Shown here: positions 57,886 to 64,000 of the stretch, piece by piece
Position numbering within the stretch: the first letter of the stretch is position 1
Layout of the letters: every line of letters begins with the position of its first letter
Assembly (NCBI RefSeq): GCF_964194155.1
Contig: NC_135901.1
Span: 22,258,001 to 22,322,000, forward strand
Direction of reading: 5' to 3'
Source: Cetorhinus maximus
Lineage: Eukaryota
Length of the DNA: 64,000 nt
The notes under the pieces: model-generated
The model's input: only the letters and a program-made list of their open reading frames with translations
What the model was told of the DNA's origin: nothing
The model's database searches: none
Translations under genes and position numbers: made by a program

Positions 57886-58779
57886 GGGAAACTGTTAACA
57901 AATAGCTCCATGTAAAATGAGCTCAGGGTTACATTGGGCAGGAAGAGAAGCAGAAACCAAAATGGGACAAGAGACTGAGTTTAAATTAGTTAGGGAGAGA
58001 AAGAAGGAAGTAGGAAGGAAACCCTGGGAGGATTGGAGAAACCACTTTCATGATTGCTCATTAAATCTCCACACAGTAAGTTCTGGACACAAGGTTAACA
58101 TCTGATATTCTGTATGGTCGGTCAGGATGATTCAGATTAATAGGTAATTGGTTTGGTTTGATAGATAATTCGTTTATGGAAAAGTCATCACGTACTGAAT
58201 TGTGATGATGATACAAATAAAACAAGTAATCATCATTCATGACGTAGTTATAGGAATATTAAAATAAAGTGAAAATATTAATCAGTTAAAGGATTGCACA
58301 ATTATGATCATTTCAGCATAAAGTCATTACAATATGTTACAAAATGCAGGACTCCTTAATTTATAGAATAGAAATGAAAGGTCTACTGCACTCTGCATTT
58401 TCTATTGAAGTCCTTTGATCATATGTTGTCAACTTGAGTTCATTAAACTCTCAATCATTTACATCCTATTTATGAGTTTTATACAGTGGGCGATCGGGCT
58501 GTCTTGTAGTGTATTTGTTCCAGAGCTTATTTGCAGATGTTCTCTTTTCTCCTGAACTCTATTATACATTTACTTCCGTGTGGTTGGGCAGTGCCTTTGA
58601 GAGGTGGGATTCTGGAGTTTTCTGCTGAAGTCTAGACAGAGTTTTTCCCACATTTCAGCAAGGGAACACACATTTGATTGTGTAATGTTTTGTCATGAGT
58701 CATGAATGAAGTGAATTATTGAACGTTTTGCTATCTCTGTAAGATTTGTTGAAAGAATTATTTATCCAACACTTTATTT

Positions 58780-60363
58780 GGATTTTAGCCAAGGGAGGAG
58801 AGAGTGTGTGGATGGGGATTTACAGCTTTGGGAGAACGAGAGGAAAAATGTTCCAAAGGAACTAGGATTGTCTGTTTTGAATTTCTGTCCTGGACTGTCA
58901 GTGATGTTTATTGTAATCTCCTTTTACAGGACTTTAGAAGGGGAAGATTTGCAGATCGGTAACTCAAACCAAAAATCACATCAAGATCTGACAGAATGAC
59001 TCAGTTCATCAAGACCTGAACATCATCGGCTTTTGAATGTGGAAGGAGAAATGTTTGTCTGTTCTGACTGCAGGGAAAGATTTCAAACAACTGGGAAAAG
59101 CACCGAGACACACACACACCCGAGTGAGAGTATTCCAGTGCACTGATTGTGGAATGAGCTTTAACCAGTTGCACAGCCTAAAAACAAACAGAACCATTCG
59201 CCGTGTGGAGAAACCATACACGTGTTGTGTGTGTGAATGAGGCTTCAACTGATTGTCCAACCTGGAAAGACTTAAGGACACAGACACCGTGGAGAAACCA
59301 TGGAAATGTGAGGACTGTGGGAAGGGATTCAATTACCCATCGCAGCTGGATATTCATCGACGCAGTCACACCGGGGAGAGGCCGTTCACCTGCTCGGTGT
59401 GTGGGGAGGGATTCACATTATCATCCAGCTTACATATACACCAGAGGACTCACACCGGGGAGAAGCTGTTAACCTGCTCCGTGTGTGGGGAGAGATTCAA
59501 TTTTCTGTCCCAGCTGCTGAGACACCAGCTAGTTCACATTGATGTGAGAGGCTGTTTAACTGCTCTGATTGTGAGAAGAGCTTTAAAAGACGAGAGGACC
59601 TGGTCATGCACCAGTTTGTTCACACTGAGAGACAGTTCAGTTGTTCTCACTGTGGGAAAGTGTTTAGACAATCACTGAACCTCATAAAACACCAACATGT
59701 TCACACCAGAGAGAGGGCACTCACCTGCCTCGTGTGTGGGAAGGGATTCACTTGACTATCTCACCTCAGCTCACACCAACTTGTTCACACTGATAACAGA
59801 CCTTTCCAATGTTCTGAATGTGAGAAGAGCTTTAAAACTGCAGGTGATCTGCTGAGACACCAGCGAGTTCACACTGCTCCATCTGCCAGAAGGGATTTAT
59901 TTGTTTGACCAACCTCAAGCTGCACCAGCGAGTTCACTCTGATAGGAAACCTTTCCAATGTTCTGACTGTGAGAAGAGCTTTAAAACTACAAGGGATCTA
60001 CTGATGCACCAGTGCATTCACACAGGGGAGAGGCCATTCACCTGCTCCATATGTGGGAAGGGATTCACCTGTTCATCCCACCTACTGACACACCAGCAGG
60101 TTCACACTTGAGAGAGGTTGTTCACCTGCTCCATATGTGGGAAGGGATTCACACGTCTAGCTCACCTCAATTCACATCAACTTGTTCACACTGATTACAG
60201 ACTTTTCAAATGTTCAAAATGTGAGAAGACTTTTAAAACCACAGGTGTTCTGCTGAGACACCAGTGAGTTCGCACTGTGGAGAGGCCATTCACCTGCTCC
60301 GTGTGTAGGAAGGGGTTCACTCATTCATCCCACTTAATGAGACACTAAGGGGTTCACAATTGA
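58780..60363 (+). pseudogene. ZNF-G pseudogene (leader plus a dozen or more disrupted fingers)
   Basis: GTG replaces the family ATG (accgtggagaaaccatgg); multiple frameshifts and stops; ends cacaattga plus the conserved trailer. Confidence 0.85.
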
Positions 60364-61784
60364 ACAAAGGGGTTGGATTTTGCTGTTATCACTGCTGTTA
60401 ATCACATACAGGACAACCAGGTTCATTCTGACAGTTGGGCTGATGTTAATAACCATGTAACTGGGCTGAAGTTTGATTCATTTGACAGATCTCAAGATAT
60501 TCATGTTGTTTGAAACATGGAGTGTTGTGTCCTTAATTTCTCTAAGATAAGAGGAGAATAATTGATGTCCTGTTACTGACTGCTGCTTTTTTGGGTCTTG
60601 TTTCCTTTCTAACTCAAGATTATTTCAGTTCTCATACCTTCGGTTACTGTCATGGACAACTCCCAGCTCCCCATACCTTCTAGAATGTCTCTCCTGGTCT
60701 TGGGATCCTGGGAAGGTATGTGTAGCACTCCCGGGATCAATAAACACAAAACCCAGCCTTTTAATCACTCTCAACTACTGGATTTAGTGTGGGTCCCCCA
60801 CAGCAAAAGTCAAATAAATCAGTTTTGTGTTAAACACACAGTGTGTTTATTATTTAAAATATATGTAACACAAGTTAGTTCCTTTTGAAGTGCTCTCCCT
60901 CTACCCCATCCCCACCTCAATAAGATTAAGGTTCGGGAGTCATGGATTAAACAAAAAAAGTGTTCAAGTTCCTCAGTGATTTTAAAGTTGTTTATTAATT
61001 ATTAAGTAGTTTATTAAGAAGAACCAGATTAAATATCATAAACTAAATGGATATAAAATTACACCTGACCTGTGACAGGTGAGAGTGGTTTTGACAGCAG
61101 TCTCTTGTTCGATGTTTGCAGCTGCTTTCTCTTTTGTTCTGTCTTCTCGAGCTGACTGAGGGGTTAGGAAGTTAGGAATGTTTCTGCCGATGAGGACTGT
61201 CCCCTTTCCCGCTGAGCACCCGTTAAAATACTTTATTTCTAGGGTCTGGTAGTTTACCCCATGTCAATCACTTGTTTGATTCCCCATCTGGTCAATGACC
61301 AGAGGCGAGGTAGCCATGGTGTCACCCCCTCCCCTCCACCCTTGTCCATCACTTTGCTTCAAGATCATCTTGCAGCTTATCTTGTTAACTCCTGCCAGAC
61401 ACTTGTCTAGATTCTTCTTGGCTGTTATCTGTTTGTCCCTGGCTATGGCTGCTAAGAACTGTTTTTTCAAAGTGAGAGAGAGAGACAGCAGAGTCAAAGT
61501 AACAACCTTGTGTCAGACAGTCTTATGCAATACCTGCTGATTCTATAATAATTCTGTAATGTTCTTAAAGATATATCTCTTACAGCACTCCCCTTTGAGA
61601 AGGAAATATCCTCACAACTGTTTCTGACTAACCTAATAATTTCTACACTAGAGCTTGTTTCCCTAATTTCTCGATTACATACCATAGATAACATACTAAA
61701 GCTACTGGAATTATCAGAATCATCGTGACAAAATATTAATTTGAATCACCCTAATTCAACTATACAGAAGAACAGACATTAACC

Positions 61785-62235
61785 TTGTGTCCAGAACTTT
61801 CTGTGTAGAGATTTAACGAGCAACCGTGAAGGTGGTTTCTCCAAACCTCCCAGGGTTTCCTTCCTTCCTTCTCTCCCTCGCTAAGTTGAAGTCAGTCTCT
61901 TGTCCCGTTTTAGTTTCTGATTCTCTTCCTGCCCAATGTAACCCTGAGCTCATGTTTTACAAGGACCAAATATTTTGATAGCTTCCCGAACAGATCAGAG
62001 CCCTCCTGAAACAAAAACAAAAATTGCTGGAAAAACTCCCAGCATCTGTGGAGAGAAAGACAGAGTTAACGTTTCAAGTCCGTATGACTTCTTCAGAGTC
62101 TTTCCACAGATGCTGTTAGACCTGCTGGGTTTTTCCAGCAATTTTTGTTTTTGTTTCAGATTTCCAGCATCCGCAGTATTTTGCTTTTTATCGGAGCCCT
62201 GCTCATTGATTTGATCCCAAAGCGTAACCTGTTAA
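61785..62235 (-). repeat. Inverted paralog of 57835-58105, interrupted by a Penelope hairpin
   Basis: cctcccagggtttccttcc and cttcctgcccaatgtaaccctgagctca are reverse complements of 57918-58030. Confidence 0.8.
62005..62193. mobile_element. Palindromic Penelope terminal-repeat insertion containing a hammerhead core
   Basis: Arms ~62007-62052 and ~62103-62158 are reverse complements; minus-strand CTGAAGAagtcatacggacttGAAACGTTaact; TSD gagccct at 61998-62004 and 62194-62200. Confidence 0.8.
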
Positions 62236-62289
62236 ATTAATTCATCTCAGTTGGGTAGCAGAAAATAACGTATTGCCTGTTTGGAGTTT

Positions 62290-62710
62290 CAATGGCGCTG
62301 CTGTTACCCAGCAATCCTCGCGAATGTGAATATGCCCTATTCACTCGACAGGACCCCAGTGCGCAGGTACAGTGCTGGGCTGTATCTGGAGCGTGCGCGG
62401 TGTCACTTTGCTCAGAGGCCTGCGAGTGCGGGAGACGCTTTTATTCAGAGGGTGAGAGTCGGTGGGGGGGGGAGGGAAGAATGGAGCCGGGAGTGCAGGG
62501 AGGCCTCATGTAAACACTAGGTGTAGGCCGAAATCCTGGATTAGAACCTCTATGTTCCGCGTTTGCAGCTCTGGCACTTTTCCCCGGAACACGCCCCAGT
62601 TAACGGCCACCATGTTGGGGCAAGGGGCGGCGGGGCGCATGCGCAGTGGGTCTCACTGATTCGGAGCGGGGACAATGGCCCATGACGTCACTGAGGAACC
62701 TCCTCTGGTT
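62290..62710 (+). promoter_or_regulatory. CpG island promoter (ZNF143-like, NRF1, GC box, CRE)
   Basis: ttacccagcaatcctcgcg ~62304, gcgcatgcgcag ~62635 and tgacgtca ~62683; direct paralog of 57480-57790. Confidence 0.68.
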
Positions 62711-62724
62711 TGGGGGGAGCTGTG

Positions 62725-62860
62725 AACATGAGAATCAGGAGCAGGAGTCGGCCATTCGGCCCCTCAAGCCTGCCCCACCATTCAATAAGATCATGGCTGA
62801 TCTGCCCCAGGCCTCAACTCCTCTTTGGTGCCAACTCTTCTTAGCCCTCAACTCCCAACT
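62725..62860 (-). mobile_element. CR1 3' end fragment
   Basis: ggagcaggagtcggccattcggcccctcaagcctg..cattcaataagatcatggctgatctg is the reverse of the 26665-26735 type end. Confidence 0.75.
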
Positions 62861-63479
62861 GGGGGCTACTTTGGGCACAATGTCAGATTTTACTGGTTTG
62901 GAGACTGGGTCTTGCCTGGTGTTTTCTCACAGTGTATGCATTTGCTTAACATACCTTTCAAAACTTAGGGGAAAATGTCCCAATAACTGTTTGATAAGCA
63001 TCTCTGCTCCTGGCTGCGCCGATCCTGCCATTCATAATGACTTAATGGAGTCAGACAGTACAACTGCGCATGCACAGCATTGGGAGCAAACACAGCCGGC
63101 AAAGGGCAGGAGGATGCATGCACGGCCGCCATCTTTAGAAGCGATGTGCAGCAGAGGGTATGCGCAGTCATCACTGTCCCTTGCAGCAGGAGGAGGAAAT
63201 GTTGTGTCTCCTGTCAATCCAAGATGTCCACCAATACTCATCTGCACATGCGCACTGCTCCAGATATCCAATGACTTCACCGCTGGAGCCTGCAGCCTGG
63301 AACCTGGAGTGGGAGAAGGGAGAAGAATGAGGAGAGGCAATATAGTCTAACACTCACAGCAATGTACAATCCATGCACATTATTCTGACAGAGAGACAAA
63401 TTTTCCAACATGGCTGTAGTAAAAGATCCCACAAGGAAAGTATTTTACTTTCCCACCTGCATGTTCTCCCCTTCAAAAC

Positions 63480-63745
63480 CCCTGTAAAAGGAGTTTCTAA
63501 AATCCATCAGTGTCAGTCCAGGATAGAAATTCACAATATTCTCTCCTCCTGCTAACAGGGAGAACAGCGAAAGTGCCCTGCCGCACATTGCCCCCTATAA
63601 AGATGGCAGTCGCTAATCTGGATCTGCCATCAGAATACAACTGTGCATGTATCACACTGGTAGAAAACACAGCCAGGGGAGAGTGTTGTGAATTCTTATC
63701 CTGGACTGACAGTGATGGATGTTGGAAACTCCTTTTCCTTGGGGT
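63480..63745. repeat. Inverted pair of ZNF acceptor modules
   Basis: aaaaggagtttctaaaatccatcagtgtcagtccaggatagaaattcacaa pairs with ttgtgaattcttatcctggactgacagtgatggatgttggaaactcctttt. Confidence 0.82.
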
Positions 63746-63923
63746 CTGAAGGGGAGGAATTACCAACGACAAGTCAAATTAAGAGAACCAAGAGAATTGT
63801 CTCCTCTGAATCTCGAACCTCGACTGACACTTATGACTTTTGTGATCTCCTTTTACAGGGTGTTAGAAGATTTGAAGACTGCCAGGTTGTTCTCTGACTC
63901 CAGTGCTTCTGATATCTTTCCAG

Positions 63924-63977
63924 CTGCAGGCTCGAGCGGGAGATTTTAAATTTGAAAACAGTGAAATTGTTTCAGAG
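63924..63977 (+). other. Candidate 54-nt internal exon (paralog of 27747-27800)
   Basis: Same branch point and acceptor context and the same gag|gtgagt donor. Confidence 0.6.
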
Positions 63978-64000
63978 GTGAGTGTTATTGAGCATTCTTG

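Noticed and set aside
60915-61730. Possible solo LTR (minus strand begins TGTCAC)
   Set aside because: No matching CA end, TSD or second copy could be established by eye.
62646-63350. 234-aa ORF
   Set aside because: It runs across promoter sequence and a CR1 3' fragment, starts at GTG and has no recognisable domain.

Overview
Vertebrate nuclear DNA, most likely from a cartilaginous fish (inferred from the zinc-finger style and the CR1/L2/RTE/Tx1/Penelope repeat mix; not verified). The window is a cluster of tandem C2H2 zinc-finger genes with no visible KRAB, SCAN or BTB domain. Four ORFs are intact, one is C-terminally frameshifted, and at least four are pseudogenes or fragments. They share one cassette: a CpG-rich promoter module (CCAAT, GC box, YY1/NRF1/ZNF143-like motifs), a splice-acceptor module, a leader of decayed fingers, a conserved '[19 protein letters not shown]' first finger, a variable finger array ending HK*, and a conserved trailer. 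More than half the window is non-LTR retrotransposon: many CR1s (one near full length with an esterase ORF1), L2, RTE, two long Tx1 copies (one with an intact ORF2) and Penelope-like fragments. The Penelope terminal repeats carry minimal type-I hammerhead ribozyme motifs. Best leads: the hammerheads, contact-residue divergence between duplicated ZNFs beside a conserved first finger, the fossil-finger leader, and two independent Tx1 insertions about 300 bp upstream of paralogous ZNF promoters. All alignments and repeat boundaries were read by eye and are approximate.
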